Of a stretch of 64,000 nt of DNA, positions 10,706 through 25,044 are shown piece after piece; the first letter of the stretch is position 1, and every line of letters starts with the position of its first letter. The notes beneath the pieces were generated by a model. It was not told where the DNA came from, made no database searches, and saw only the letters and a list, made by a program, of their open reading frames with translations. Origin of the DNA: Octopus vulgaris. Taxonomy: Eukaryota. The stretch is from NCBI GenBank assembly GCA_951406725.2, contig OX597818.1:13702001-13766000 (forward strand). Direction: 5' to 3'. The translations under genes and the position numbers were made by a program.

Positions 10706-11499
10706 ATTAATAATACAATAATTGTTTCTTGTCAGGAACAAAAAAAAAGTTTAATAGGACTGCTATAGAAGTGCTCTATTGGAAGAGACAAAAATATCAA
10801 ACTAAAATCATTGAACAAACAAATGCAAGGTCATCTGCATATCATTTCATAATTCGAACATTTAATTATACAATAAACATATTTTGGGCTATCCGAGCAT
10901 GAATACCACAGTGGGAAAGCAAACAACACCGTACGGGCTTGGTGCGTGATGTCTATCTTTGTGTTTATATATATTTTTTCCCCATGACGAAGGAGGTATT
11001 ATCTGAATGCACCCTAGTGCTTTAAACATAATACACCCCTGGAATGGCCATAGGGATAAGTAAACATGATTTCCTTCTTAAATATAAGGCTTATTTTATC
11101 TGAATAAGATTTCTAAACGATGAACCTTATTTTACTTTATTTACATGATATATATATATTATATATTTTTTATATGCTCCTATATGTATATATATTTATA
11201 TATGTTTTATATATTTTTATATGCCTATATTTTTATATACCTATATATTTTTATATATTACTTATATTATATTATACTTTCTACGTCCTTTTATTAATGT
11301 ATTTTCTTTGAATCGCTAAAATATTAATTCTAAATTTTTAATGATAAGAATTTTTCTCGCATCATATTATTATTATTACGTGCTATACATATGAATTTTG
11401 TTCCATCTTGCGGGTTATATGTTTATTCTATAATTAAATGTTCGAATTATGAAATGATATGCGGATGACCTTGCATTTGTTTGTTCAATGATTTTAGTT

Positions 11500-11535
<36 letters not shown>

Positions 11536-14149
11536 TAACACACACGCACACAGACATGTACATACACATATAAACATATACTTATGTATATATGAATCTA
11601 CATAGTTACATATTGGCTAACACTGTTATCTGTATCATATATATAAAAAAGATAAAGCATAGTTGAATGCAAGTATTATACGTCTAGGTTTTCCTGGAGG
11701 AATAAGAGATTTTGTACAGGGAAATAATTGCTCTCTATATGCATTGGAATTATTAAGTCTCGAGGAACAAATAAATTGAGATTTCATATGCACAACGGTT
11801 CAGCGGTGATAGGTGTATGAATGTGTAAAGCACTTTGTAAGTAAATCACATCTTAGGAACAAATATTATTTTAATCTTCTTAATTATATAACCCAAAGAA
11901 AAGTTTTATAAAACAAACATTTTAATGCACATTAAACGCAATTGTAACATTTCACCCATAAACATAACGTATTAGAATTAAAATCAAAGTTGTTAATAAT
12001 CCAAATAATTTATTAGCAAATATTAATTAAGCTGGGATTACATCACATGAATTACAGTTCAAAGTAAACAATTTCAAATGGAGTCAGGACACAAATGAAC
12101 ATTTTGAACACTGCATTATAACACTTCAAAATGTTATACTACAATCCAAATTTTAGTAGCATCATGCAAATTTGTATTTTGCATTGGTGTTTGAATATGT
12201 TTAAATTATTTTTAAATGTTGCTCTAGTGCAAAATTTGCTCTATATAACATTTCCTTAAAAGATTAGGTTAAATAATCACCAACCCAACATCCAAATTGT
12301 CTATAAAGTCCGTTGAATTTTTTAGGTAGATTTATAAATGTAGGTAAAGTTGTGCATTAAAGACGCTTATCTTTATATACTCAACACAATTCCATTCGAC
12401 TATACACGACCAAATTTTCACAAAATCTGTTATAACATTGCGCTGAGAGAAACAAGCGATATAATATTGGCGGTAAATTCATAATGATTAATTTTGCTGC
12501 TATTTCATGAAGACAAACCAGCGACAGAGCAGAACGACGATGACGACCAAAGAAAACTTTGCAAATAACGTGAAGTAGAATTCTCGGCCTAAAGCCTCAG
12601 CTGAAGATCTGCTATTTGAAAATAGCATATTATTTGAATGATAGAGAAGAATATTCTTTTAGAAGACACAACTTCTTCTTAGCAGCATTCTTCCAGATTA
12701 GTGAATGTATTATTCTCCACTAGTTTCTACCAGTAGACATCATTGATATGGATCATCTTCGTGGCATGTTTGCATACATTCTAGTAAGACAAGTACTAAC
12801 ATTTGCCTCTTAGTTCAAAAACTAATTCCACGTATAACTTACTTTTGCAAAAACGATCCGTTATTCACGTGATTTATATGTATGAGCCATAAAACTCCTT
12901 GTCTTACTCAAAGAAAGACTGGAGTTTGATAACTTTTGTTGTTTCTTAATGTATGATATCTATATACTCTAATCACACACTACGTGTATCATTTGAGAGT
13001 ACAGTATAAATTGAGGAAGATGTGTACGGCCTGTGTTCCAATAAATAGAAAGTGAAAGAAGGTGAATTTATTTGAAAACGATATTATATCTCTAACTAAA
13101 CATTGCTTCACATAGCCTTTAAAAGCGAGAAACTCCATGATATGGATATGTCCGTGTGTTGTTTAATATATGACATTTATAATTATAATATATTATGCCG
13201 TACCTCATCGGTAAACCAATAATCTGGCACAGTATTCACCTTGCTAGAAGGTATGATGAATGAGCATGGTGACAGTCTATTTAATCATGAACGAGTCCAA
13301 TGAGGAAATAGATAGTGCCAAGCAAAATAAGTCCAGTTAAAAATTCAAATAGCATCGATGAATCCAAATGGAAATGAAGAAGTAATACATAATTATCAGG
13401 TATCATTCTTAGGAAATATGTTTATTTTTAAAGCATTTTATTGCTCCATGCATCGTACGTTAAATAGATTCTAAAAGCAAATATTTGTGACGACTAGAAG
13501 TTTTGCAATGCTCTCCTGTCACTGACAATATTGAATTAATTTACACCTACAATCTTTTTCAAATTTTCGAAGTAAGTACAAAAATTTCTTTGAGAAATAT
13601 ACACAAAGAATACGCTACATATATTTAAGACAGCTAAAAGAATGTTTTCTGTATAAAGCTAAAGGGTATGAACAATTACATACGTTTGTTACATGTTCAA
13701 ATATTCAAGAAATGTCATATTTTCGTAGCCGTGTATACGATTGATCCATAAAATCAGGCAAAGTGCAATCAACACCTTTCTTAGTATTGGTTGGATAGCA
13801 CAATTCATCTAGTGTAGATGGACTTTATTTCTCTTTCTGCAGTAATAGGTTACTATTTCTAAAATTACTTCTAATGACAGAAATACATTCTGTTGTGACA
13901 TGGTGTATATAGTTGCATATAATCTGTTGATCAAGGTTGTAGAAAGAAATGGTTTGTGCTATCAAAAAATTTGGACCTGAACGAGGGATTTTGTTTTTCT
14001 TTTTGACAGGCAGAAGTCCAAAATAACATCCATTTATGACCATTACGCGAAGAGTTTAAGATGCTGGATCCATAGTATTGCTTTGTTCATGAAGAGCAAG
14101 GTTTAACACAAAGAAATACGGAAATCGCTTTTTCTTAATTTCTACTGAA

Positions 14150-14530
14150 AAACTTCTAAGGTAGCTGAGTAGTTTTCTTCACAGTGCAGCTTTATGCTTA
14201 TATTTGCGCCCAGCATATTGTGGACTATTTCATGCGCATTGTCGACTGCTTATAGATGACATAATTGGCTTCAAATGAATTCTATGCTGCTGCTTCAATG
14301 CAATTTATTGAATGTACAAATTTCCTATCTCATATCAATTTTCTGAAATGATGCCCATCAAATACACCAGCTTTTGTCTTTTCACTGCTCACATCATGAA
14401 ATTTACTGCTGATGTAGTAAAGGTATGATTCATCTTTATACTGCGTGTTAACAAACTACTTCAAAATGCCAACTTTGTTATAAAGTAGAGGTAGGAACAT
14501 ATTTCACTTTTGAACTAAAATTTCTTCAAG
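14150..14530 (-). mobile_element. Decayed Chapaev3-like (CMC) DNA transposase fragment
   Basis: Minus-strand FLPLLYNKVGILK*FVN and SEKTKAGVFDGHHFRKLI...IEAAA*NSF resemble the LPPLHIKLGLMKQFVKAL / KLKAGIFDGPQIR motif block. Family name from memory. Confidence 0.55.
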
Positions 14531-14903
14531 CATATTAAAGACGCTGGAAGTAGTGTTCACTGTGTCCATTCTTTGATAATCCGATATTTTCCCCGACTCT
14601 TCATAAAATTATGTATAAATAGTAATAAAAACTCATCTAAAATTTCACACCGTATTTTTCCGAAAAATGAGGCAAGTTCTGAAAATGTGGGTTTGGGTAT
14701 CTACCGTGATGGTAAAAAATAGATTTTATTTTTAGATTTAGCATACCGAAAAACCTTCAAATGGGATAGAATCATCCTTACAACAAAATGCCTGTTGAGT
14801 TGTTTTATCTAAAATACATCCCCTTGGTCTAATCATTATATAATAATTTTAGAAATTCACCAACTTGTATACATTTATGGGGTGTGTAGGGGAAGATGTC
14901 AAA

Positions 14904-15735
14904 TACGAGATGGCATGAAGAATTTCCCTGACTAGTTCTGTAGCGTCCCAACAGCTAGTAGTGATCTATGCAAGACAGAGTGCCGAGTGACATCAATGTG
15001 TTTTCTTCGTAAGGTGAGCATTTTGTTTTTGTGACTACGTCTCTGCTGTAGTATGCGATTTTGTCATGGACAGGAGCAAAAATCCAACGTGAAATTTTGC
15101 GCTAAATTTCGGAAGTCTGCTACAGAGACATTAAGCATGCTTCAGCAAGCTCGCGGCGACGAGGCAATGAGTCATATGCAAAGTTTGGAGTGACGCAGGC
15201 GTCACAATAGCGGAAGAATGACCCTAGAAGACGATGATCTAGAAGACTTTGCACGAGCATCACATCCATAAATGTGGTATTGTGCATCGCGAATTCGTTC
15301 CCCAGACCCACACCGTCAATTGAGAGCTCTACTGCCACGTCTTGAAGCGTCTGAGGGAGAAAAGACATTCGGCGAAAGCGAACGGGTCTGTAGAGCGCAA
15401 GAATTGAATACTTCCCTGAGTTTTCTTCACATTGAAATTCTTGCTAAAACATGGTATCGCTTCCGCATCCACCCTATTCGCCAGATTTAACACCTTCCAT
15501 CTTTTCTCCAAGGTGAAAATGCAGCTGAAAGGTCGTCGACATCCAGAGCAAATCGCAGATCCTCGACTCGCTTATGGAAATCAAACTTCGGACTGGATTC
15601 CAAAAGTGACAGAGACGCTGGGACCGGTATATTGCTGGCAAGGTGACTATTTTTAAGGACTTTGCCAAAACGTTGGCGAATAAGCTATTTTTATTAAACA
15701 TAACTAGTCCAATAACCCTTTGATACAACCTCGTA
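14904..15735 (+). mobile_element. Internally deleted mariner
   Basis: TA-flanked degenerate ITRs (TACGAG.../...CTCGTA). Residual motifs NVKFCAKFRKSATETLSML, HPPYSPDL, QLKGRR. Confidence 0.8.
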
Positions 15736-17959
15736 CTTCGGTAGGAAACATCGCAATTTTTTTCCTTATATATCATGTACTTGCCCAAAGCGTACAGATA
15801 TAAAAGTGCATATGATTTTTAAAGTTATATAAATTAGCTCTTCGTGGATTCTAAATCCGTGATTTTAAATAAATTGAAAAAAAAGTAAGGTTTTGTCAGT
15901 TATGTATCCGCTTTTCAAACTAACAACGACAATCCTCGGTGGATATTACATAATTTTGATCAATGATTCTTGGACCATTTCTTAATAAAAATACTCGTAG
16001 ATATAACTGACGGTGTTGACATCTTCAATATGTAGTAATTTTTCTGAGACGTATTATATCTAGGAAAGTTGTTGCTCATATATTATAATCAATTTAAAGG
16101 GAGTTCAGAGCTTTTATTTCCATTAAATATTTTCTCGAGCGGGCTCACTTATTATTTGCTGTGCAATATTTTTCTCATATTAATGAAGTATTATAAACAT
16201 ATGCTGTGAATATGTTTTGAAATGGCCTTTTCTCTTATGGAAATTGAATCAATTTTATTTTACTTCATATTAAAACATCTTACAAGGTAATTTGTAAATT
16301 TTAATTCTTAAAATCAGGGCTCTGTTTCATATCTTGTTTTTGTGCAGATTTTGGATGTCATTTAATGATTGCTTGGTTAATTTTTGAAATATAAATGTGT
16401 ATGGGAATGCGGCATTTACAAATTGTCTCAGGTTTTTTAGATGTTATTAATTTAACTGCATTCTTCTTCAGAAGGTAGTAGAGTATAGTATAAGACTCGT
16501 CCACCTTCAGATTTAACCCAATGCAATCCAACAGTAATTTTATGCCTACTGCCAGATTTGCGTTGGGGCTTCTCTAGCGGTGTGAATGGAAAATTGCATA
16601 AGTTGGAGTCAGTGAGAAGTAGTACACAACTGACGAAACGCTCACTAAATAATACTAATACCTACGCATCTAAAGTGGAAAACACATATATTTTGAAAAA
16701 CAACAACAAATATATAACAATAAAAACACAAAAGCCGAGATAGAATGGAAAAATAGCAAACAAAAATAAACAAAATACGAAAGAAAAATTTTATGTGAAC
16801 CAAGCAAAAAATACAAAATATTCGTGGTCTTATAGTACAAACCAGTTTTCGGGTCAAAAGTTACCTCAAATACAATACATTGATGAGAAAATGCTTTTAC
16901 TGTGTTATTACTACTGGTGTCACTGATATAAACGCCATCGCCTCAAGATATATGAATAGCAAATTTCTTAATATCCTGCTATATAACAATTTTCAAACGG
17001 TATATATAATAAAATATTAATGAAATACTCCCTACACATCTAAGGAGAAAATTACAAGCATATACAAGAAATAGAGTGAAACTACCAACTACCATACAAA
17101 CTTGATTGTTATTGTGCGTTTACTGACTAACCTTTCATATATGAGTAACCTTCTACTTCACGGATACAATCTATAATTGTGTACCTTTCGCTTTATCAAC
17201 TTACGTTCCACTAGATTAAAACAACATTCACTATTGATTTCTTAATTTTTAAGATGTTTAATGTGAACTCCAAGTCATTATTTTATATAAGTTAAAGTGT
17301 TGTCACTGAATGAAGTGAAGTATTATTGGTGTGTCAGACTTTTTCCGGTAACAAAATCTCGTTGCATTCTTTCGCTGCTTATGTGTTCCGTTTCGATATA
17401 AAACTGAGTATCGATTGCATTAACTTCATTAAACCGACAGAACTTGGGCTACACTGCATCCGTGAAATTATCGTTAACATCACTACTTTGTTCTCAACAC
17501 TTTCTCATTCATTAGATTATGATTGATAAATTGTAGTAAACGTGTACTCATTCCTGCAAGTATGATTCATGAATATTCGCAGCAACAGAAGTAAATTATA
17601 TAATATTCTTCCACTTTTTTTATATTGCTAAAATCTATAATATATCAACAGCTGAAAATGAGACTGTTTAGAAACAATCTACGCAAATGAAATCTGCAAT
17701 ATATATATTTTTCAAGAGGCATAAGAGTTATAACATAGCATTGTCAGTCAAAAGCTAAAAGAAAGAAACATGTAGTATTTCGTTTATCTATAGCACGTTG
17801 AGCATATGAATCAAGCCGTCTTCAACATTGAAAGGTCAATATATTATGGCACAGTGAAGTATTGATGCTGCTTGATACACTTTTTACACCGGAATATTTT
17901 GATACTGGATATATTCATAAATTTAATACTATTACCCCAAAATTCAATATCTAGTTATT

Positions 17960-18330
17960 ACTGTGATTTATTATGTAATAGTCAGAAGGTCGAGGGTATC
18001 ATATAAGTAAAGCTGGAGTTTATGCAGCCTTTCTCTGAAGTAGAGTTGGCAATTGCGTGATCTGGACGAGTAAGATGATTCCCGGATCAATATAGAGCTG
18101 TTGATGTCAGGTATACTATTGAAGTTTCTAGATGAATAGGAATAAGATGGTAGAGTTTTAAATACACTGACGTTAATATTTATAGTGACTATATACTTTG
18201 ACCACCACCGGGTGGTAAGTGAGTGACTTACTTGAGCCACGATCAATTTTCTGGACATTGATAATATTTCGGAATTTGCAGATGGGAATATGTGATAGAG
18301 TCGTTTGGATGCATGTTTGCTCCTGTTTTA
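17960..18330 (-). mobile_element. CR1/L2-like LINE 3' relic
   Basis: FRERLHKLQLY resembles the Y.ERL..L.L.SL tail motif. Highly decayed. Confidence 0.35.
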
Positions 18331-19129
18331 GAGTGCTATATTTGCAGCCTTATGTTTACCTTCGAGTGTAAGGGCAGAAAAAGCATGTACCTTGTCCTGC
18401 TATGTCTCCTTGAGACACCTTGATAACAGCAACTCATCACCCAAACTTAAATGGTGTATACTCGATAAGAACTCTACCAAAAGGACCGTCAATCACAATT
18501 CTTAGATATATCGCCAAGAAAAGCTGAACATACTCTAAGAGCCAAAAGTATTCATCAATAAAAATCTTGACATTTCATATTGTTGCCATAGAAGATATCT
18601 ATTCTAAAACATCGACCACTAGCAAACCTGATATAAAAAATCTAGTCCCGACTTTATTACGTTTCCTTTCTGGAGAGAGATTTGCAATGCCCGCTTCATA
18701 GATCGAAAAGAGCCAGCAGGCACGCCAACCACATTTATATCAAACGCTATACACAGATGACTAAAGTATAGGCTATATGTGGATGTTAATATATCATAAT
18801 CACGTGACCGAAATAGACCATCGGCCATTCAGTTCGGTCTATAACATAGAACACAATTTGTAATACCCTGTACCTAAATCAGTGATGATAATGATGAATT
18901 AAACATCATGTTTCGTTGTCAAAAAGATATTAATTCAACTTATACGAATAAGAAAAGACACCAACTCCAAATATAGGAGAAGAATACTACTTCAAATCAC
19001 CTGCTCATGGTTGAATATACATATATATATATATATATGTATGTGTACGTATACACACACAAACACTCACACACACTCACACACACACATATATAATTAT
19101 ATATATACATATACACACATACACTCGGC

Positions 19130-19440
19130 GGGCGTGTAACGCAGAGATTTGGGAGTCTCACCAGTTTGAGCCGCTACTTCATGTTTTGAGGGATTGCATG
19201 TCTGGTACTACAAGCATGTCATCAGAATGCAACACGAAAAATCGGAAGACTGATTTTTGAAGTCAAGTCAGCTTGCAGGAAACCGAAAGGGAATCCAAGA
19301 ATGGTGGATATTATCCCTTTTCTCAGTTAACCACGATGGGAATCTAGTCTGAGTGTCTATTGACGACGGTTATTACTGAGGGGACCTATGTAAGAGTTGC
19401 TCTAGAAATCTACCCCGACAAACTACGCAGAAATAATGAC
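19130..19440 (+). mobile_element. RTE-clade LINE 3' relic
   Basis: WYYKHVIRMQHEK...RKPKGNPRM resembles LRWYGHV.RM...RPRGRPR. Confidence 0.5.
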
Positions 19441-19491
19441 AGATAAATGGCTGAATCTATATAAATGCATAAATACACACAGATATACACC

Positions 19492-19529
<38 letters not shown>

Positions 19530-19684
19530 CTAATAAAGACAGGTATATAAACAATATTCATGTGTATTAGTTTGACGCTCGCGAAAAATGATAGAAAATA
19601 GGGAATGAGAGAAAATATACTCTAAGAATTAAAAAACCCTGTAGACTTAAGCGGTCCAACATGGTGAACTATATATATATACAT

Positions 19685-19721
<37 letters not shown>

Positions 19722-19800
19722 GATACACATATGTATTTGAGGGAATATTGTTCCTAACTTACAGGGAAAAATTCAATTTAGAAAGACTAAACAAAATTTC

Positions 19801-19852
<52 letters not shown>

Positions 19853-19856
<4 letters not shown>

Positions 19857-20429
19857 TAGAAAAGAAACACCTTTTATCAATTCAAAATGAACAATTAAAT
19901 TACACCATATCGAAAATTACATATAATAGAAATATTAGATATAAGATAAAGATAATAGACTGATGATTAAGTAAAATGGAAAATAATAAATAAACGTATA
20001 TACTTTTTATTTATTATTTTTCACATTACTTAATCAACGGTATATTATTTTCATCTTATATTTAACTAGCAGTATCGCCCGGCGTTGCTCGGGTTTGTAA
20101 GGGAAATGACTATATAAGCATTTTTAGAGAGTTATAGCCAAAAGATAGCAAAAAAATGTATTAAAAATGGAAAAAAAAATGATGGTATTTTTTTAAATCG
20201 TAGACTCATCGTAGACGCGCGCTAATACCCAGAAGGGCTCGATATGAATCACGACTATAAGACACCCGGTTTTGGTTAAACTGCACCACAAAATGTGGGA
20301 GCAGTTAGGAATCTAAATCGTAGGAGACAGACACACAACTTGACTTTTATATATAAAGATATTTTTATTATATATAATGGTGTAATTTAATTTTTCATTT
20401 TGAAATGATAAATGTGTTTTTTATTTCTA

Positions 20430-20433
<4 letters not shown>
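19853..20433. repeat. Spacerless foldback palindrome interrupted by a Helitron
   Basis: 19853-~19999 is the diverged reverse complement of ~20000-20065 joined to 20360-20433. Confidence 0.6.
20066..20359 (-). mobile_element. Non-autonomous Helitron
   Basis: Minus strand starts TC and ends CCCGAGCAACGCCGGGCGATACTGCTAG. Inserted between host A (20065) and T (20360) without TSD. Confidence 0.8.
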
Positions 20434-20478
<45 letters not shown>

Positions 20479-20509
20479 TTTTTGTGTCTGTGTTGCTGAG
20501 TTTACGTCC

Positions 20510-20620
20510 CACAAAAGAAGCAAATAGAATAAGTATTACAGAAAATAAGTCATGGGGTCGACTCTTCGATTAAAGGCGGTGCTTCTGAATGGCCACAGTC
20601 AAGTGACTGAAACAAGTAAG
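20510..20620 (+). mobile_element. SINE 3' tail fragment
   Basis: ATAGAATAAGTA...TAAAGGCGGTGCT...GGCCACAGTCAAGTGACTGAAACAAG matches the tails at 58.0-58.1 and 60.2-60.3 kb. Confidence 0.55.
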
Positions 20621-21233
20621 ATTATATGTATATATACAATCATATATATCGCGATGTTGAAATGTGGCAAACGTTAAAAAAGAGATTTTGTAATGTTCAC
20701 AAAGTTCACTTAACACTTATATATGTTCGTAGTAATCATTGGATTTCAAAACATATTAAGCTGACAGTTGTGTTCTTGACAAATCTAGTAAAATGACAGA
20801 CTACTTCCTATTTATACCTCTTAGAAGGCTCCAACAAGCTGAATTTTTGAAATACGGTTTTGTCCAATCCACATGCAGCTTAAACTCAGGATTTCCCGGG
20901 TGTACCGATATTACTGGCATAGATCCAGCCTTTATTTTAATCAATTAGCTTGCGGTTTACATGTAACGGTTTTATGAGTGAACAAACTTAGTAGATGATT
21001 TTTCAGTTGGTGGGTGTCTTCTGCAATTTGGTTATATTCATATAATACAGATATTTTTTAACCAGCGTCATTAACTGGTGCTATATTATTGTTGTTATTT
21101 CCGTTCAGAACCGATTTGAACATTTTAATAAAATGTTAATCTTTTATATTTCTTCCAGCCTCACTTGTGTCATGTAGTTTATAGAAATACAAATTCTAGT
21201 AACACACAATCCGCATCACCAGCATAATTTTCA

Positions 21234-21299
<66 letters not shown>

Positions 21300-21724
21300 T
21301 GCTAGCTAAACTAGGTATCTGAAACTTCCCATTCAAACCAAAAGACTTCCTGAATGTTGAACTCTTGAAACCCAGCCTAAACCTACATGGAGAAAATATT
21401 TGTAACAGCAAAATTTCATAAAGAACTAAAATTTGGGTACAAATTGTTAAATGCCCCCACCCCACCATAAAATGTCTTTCTCTCTGACACCCCGCAAAAA
21501 TCTTTCTAATATTTCTAATATTTGATACGATGGATACATCGAAACCAGTAATATTGTATTACGGTAAACATACTCTAAAATATACTTCTGAACCTTTTCC
21601 AAATTTATTTACATTTTTAGCTATAATTTTTGATTCATATAGACTCCTAACAACTTCTCATCTCTCTCTCTCTTTCGCGCGCGCGCTCTCTCTCTATATA
21701 TATATATCTATCTATCAGTGCTCA

Positions 21725-21766
<42 letters not shown>

Positions 21767-21829
21767 CATATATATACATATACATACACACATATATATA
21801 TGCCAGGTATTGGTATCCAGAAGACACAG

Positions 21830-22770
21830 TTGGCAGGTAACGCTATGTAAGTACTAGGGAAGAACTGTACTTTTAACTCTCAGTTCGATGATGATAAGTG
21901 TCAGGAGTATAGTGCAGGTCTTGTATGAGAATGTATATGTTAAATAACATGAGACATCAAAGCCAGGGTGGTGTGGAATTTTCAGGACGTTTATGATGCG
22001 AAAGTTAGTCTTACATCTGTTTCTGGGAAATTAAGGATATGTCTTCATCAGAGACGTTGTGAGTTGGTTAAATAGAAGGAAACATTAGAGTTCAATAGAA
22101 GGAGTTATTCTGGAAAATGGAGGAAGTAAGGAGTATGTAGGAAAATAGGAGAATACATGTAGGAATAAAATTGTAAATAAAAATATATAAAGATGTTATT
22201 GTTAGAGTACCATTATCCAAAGAAAGTCGTGTGTAGAAATAGTAAAAATGCTTCTTGTCCGTGGTATGTAAATACCAATAGGAGTTCAGTTTTGTTATTA
22301 CAAATGGAAAGTGTGGGGACGTAGATTCCATGTGCTCTTCATTCAAAGGGGTCTTGTGGTGTGAATGAAAAGTTGAGAATGTAGTGGTAGTATTAAGCGG
22401 ACAGAGAGGGGAGAGGAGATGAGTAAGTTACAATGAGAGCTATCAAACGAAAAGTAGAGAATGAAAAGGAAGAGAAAATGGAAACAAGACAAAATGAGAA
22501 AAAAGGGTGAATGAAAATCAAAAAGCAGTGTTAGTTGGTGGTCAAGATATTATGAGGGTGAGGGGGAATAGGGGAGAGGTAGGAAGAGATGAGAATGTAT
22601 GTAAGTAATGAATATGTGTGAGATGTGTGCGAGGAGTGATATGCTAGAATGGCGCTGAAGGATGGGTGCAAAAAAGGTATTGGAAGTGGGGTTTCTAATG
22701 TGAATAGTAAACTTGAAAACGGAAGGCAAGAATACTAAGAATCGTCAAGTTTCTCTGAACAGACTTGTGT
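21830..22770 (-). mobile_element. Penelope-like element 3' end / pseudo-LTR
   Basis: Minus-strand GIY-YIG-like C-terminus (HIRNPTSN), a pyrimidine-rich tract, then a minimal hammerhead. Confidence 0.55.
22008..22055 (-). ncRNA. Minimal type I hammerhead ribozyme (Penelope pLTR type), partly decayed
   Basis: Reverse complement GTCT-CTGATGA-AGACATATCCTTAATTTCCCA-GAAA-CAGATG-TA-AGAC: perfect core, 4-bp stem I, near-palindromic stem III, eroded stem II. Confidence 0.7.
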
Positions 22771-23055
22771 TTATTCTAATGGCTCATGTGATAGTGTGAG
22801 TTGCGGAATCAGAGAGAAAGTAAGAAGTGTATATACATATATGCAAACGCGCACACATGTACGTATATGTGTCGATGCACTATTATATATGTCTGCGTAC
22901 TTGTGCATTTCAACCTGTACGCATGCATACATATATATATACACACACATATATATATATATATATATATGCATATACTCACATATATGTATATACGCAT
23001 AGAAGTGCGTACATATTCACGTATAAATACACACGTACACGCACACACACGCATG

Positions 23056-23122
<67 letters not shown>

Positions 23123-23209
23123 AGAAGATTGAAAAGGAACACACGATTTGATATATATGGCAAAAATCAAGAAAGAAAATGCTAAAATAGTTTTGTAAAA
23201 AAACCATGT

Positions 23210-23245
23210 CACTACCGGTTTCAGTCATTGAGACTTTTCCAACTG
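23210..23245 (-). ncRNA. Minimal hammerhead relic, left pLTR
   Basis: Reverse complement CAG-TTGGAAA-AGTCTCAATGACT-GAAA-CCGG-TA-GTG; core and stem I mutated. Confidence 0.5.
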
Positions 23246-23465
23246 TAACTATGGAAAGCAATTGAATTTTAGAAAAGTTAAATGAAAAGTATTTTAAAAG
23301 AGCATTTGTATAGTATTCAAATACAAGGGCATTTTCCACGTTTCTGCCTGTCTTAGTCTCTCTTGTTTAATCTTGTGGATTCGATGTCGTTGTGAATTCT
23401 TGGCAAGGAAGAAGATGGAGTAGAAGAAGAAGAAGAAGAAGAAGAAGAAGAAGAAGAAGAAGAAG

Positions 23466-23497
<32 letters not shown>

Positions 23498-25044
23498 GGA
23501 GGGAGAGAAGAAGAATGCGGGGTTGCCATGTGAGTAGTAAGATGTTGAATGGTCAAGTGCCCCGAAAGTGACTTTTTGTGGATGACAGTAATTGAATTCT
23601 TGAGACATCTCTTTTGAATGTATTGTATATAAAATTTGCGTCGGTGTTATTCTGAACAGCAATCGTGGTAAAGTTATGAAGGAGGTGGCGGAGAGGAAGA
23701 AGAAGAGAAGAAGTAGAAAGATAAGGGAGAATAAGAAAGGAATGTAAGTGGTAAGATAGTAGTATGTAAAATGGTCAAATGTTTTAAGGGTGAGCCATTA
23801 TGGATTATAGCAGTGATTGGGATTGTTTTTTAATGAATTCTTGAGTATCTCTTGAGTGAATCATTTTTTATATTTGCGTGTGTGTTTGTGTTATTCTAAG
23901 ACCGTGGTGGATATATCGTTTGTTGTAGATGCGTTCAAAAGGGGTCTGTATTTTGTAATAAAGAGAGTCTCTTTTCTAATTCGTTGGTTACAGGTTGTAT
24001 CGCCCTGAATTGGTAGAGGGGGGAAAATTTGAAGCTTGGATTTTTGATATTGGCGTAACTGTCGATGTGTTGACTGAATGGTATTTTTCTGCATTGGGGA
24101 ATTTTGATCTGGGATCTGTGCAGAGCTATCCTTTTAAGTAAACTGTTTTTGTTTGGCCTATGTATTGCTCTTGACACCCAGTGCAGGTTAGTGCGTACAT
24201 CAAGGTCTCCGAAGCACATGCGAAGCTACTTTTCACTGTGAAACGTTGTTCCTGTTTGAAGGAGTACTCTGATCCCTCAATTAAATTGACGCATATCCCA
24301 CAGTTTGGTCTTCCGCAATTTTTTTTACTGACGGTTTCTATGTTGTTGAGTGTATTCTGTCTTGTGTTAGGAGACTTTTCATAGATTTGGGTCGTCTCTT
24401 GCTTTTTATGATGGTATGTGTTTGGAGGAATTTCATTCTGTGCTCCTTTTTTAGCAGGGGAATGTTTTGAAGGATAAACAATACATTCAAATGAGATATC
24501 TCAAGAATTCAATAACTACTACCATCCACAACATTTCACTTTCGGGGCACTTGAGCATTTGAAATCCTACTACCATCATGGCACTCCCGCATTCTTCTTC
24601 TCCTACTTCTTTGTTTTTCTTCTTCTTCTTCTTCTTCTTCTTCTTCTTCTTCTTCTTCTTCTTCTTCTTCTTCTTCTTCTTCTTCTTCTTCTTCTTTTTC
24701 CTCTTCTACTTCTTTGTTTTTCTTCTTCTTCTACTTTTTCTTCTTCTTTTTCATCTTTTTCTTCTTCTTCTACTTTTTCTTCTTCTTTTTCATCTTTTTC
24801 TTCTTCTTCTTCTTCTTCTTCTTTTTCTTCTTCTTCTTCTCTTTCTTCTTCTTCTTCTTCTTCTTCTCCTGCTCCTCCTTTTTCTTCTTCTTCCCTGCCA
24901 AGAATTCACAACGACCACGAACCCGCAAGCGTATACAAGAGAGACAGAGACAGGCAGAAACAAAGAAAATGCCCCTTGTATTTGAATACTTTAAAAAAAC
25001 CTTTTCTTTTATTTTTTCCAAAATTTAATTGTTTTCTATACATA

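Noticed and set aside
10981-11015. ATGACGA-AGGAGGTATTATCT-GAAT hammerhead-like string
   Set aside because: Two core mismatches and no stems I or III.
11900-14100. Coding-looking unique sequence and splice-acceptor-like sites (e.g. ~14010; also 20.8-20.9, 26-27.5, 50-51 and 59.8 kb)
   Set aside because: No sustained reading frame or recognisable protein. Small host exons cannot be excluded without RNA-seq.
22771-23339. Many YI/HT/CV-rich ORFs here and across the window, and poly-L/F/S/K ORFs at 23.3-25.1 kb
   Set aside because: Translations of (TA)n, (CA)n and (CTT)n microsatellites.
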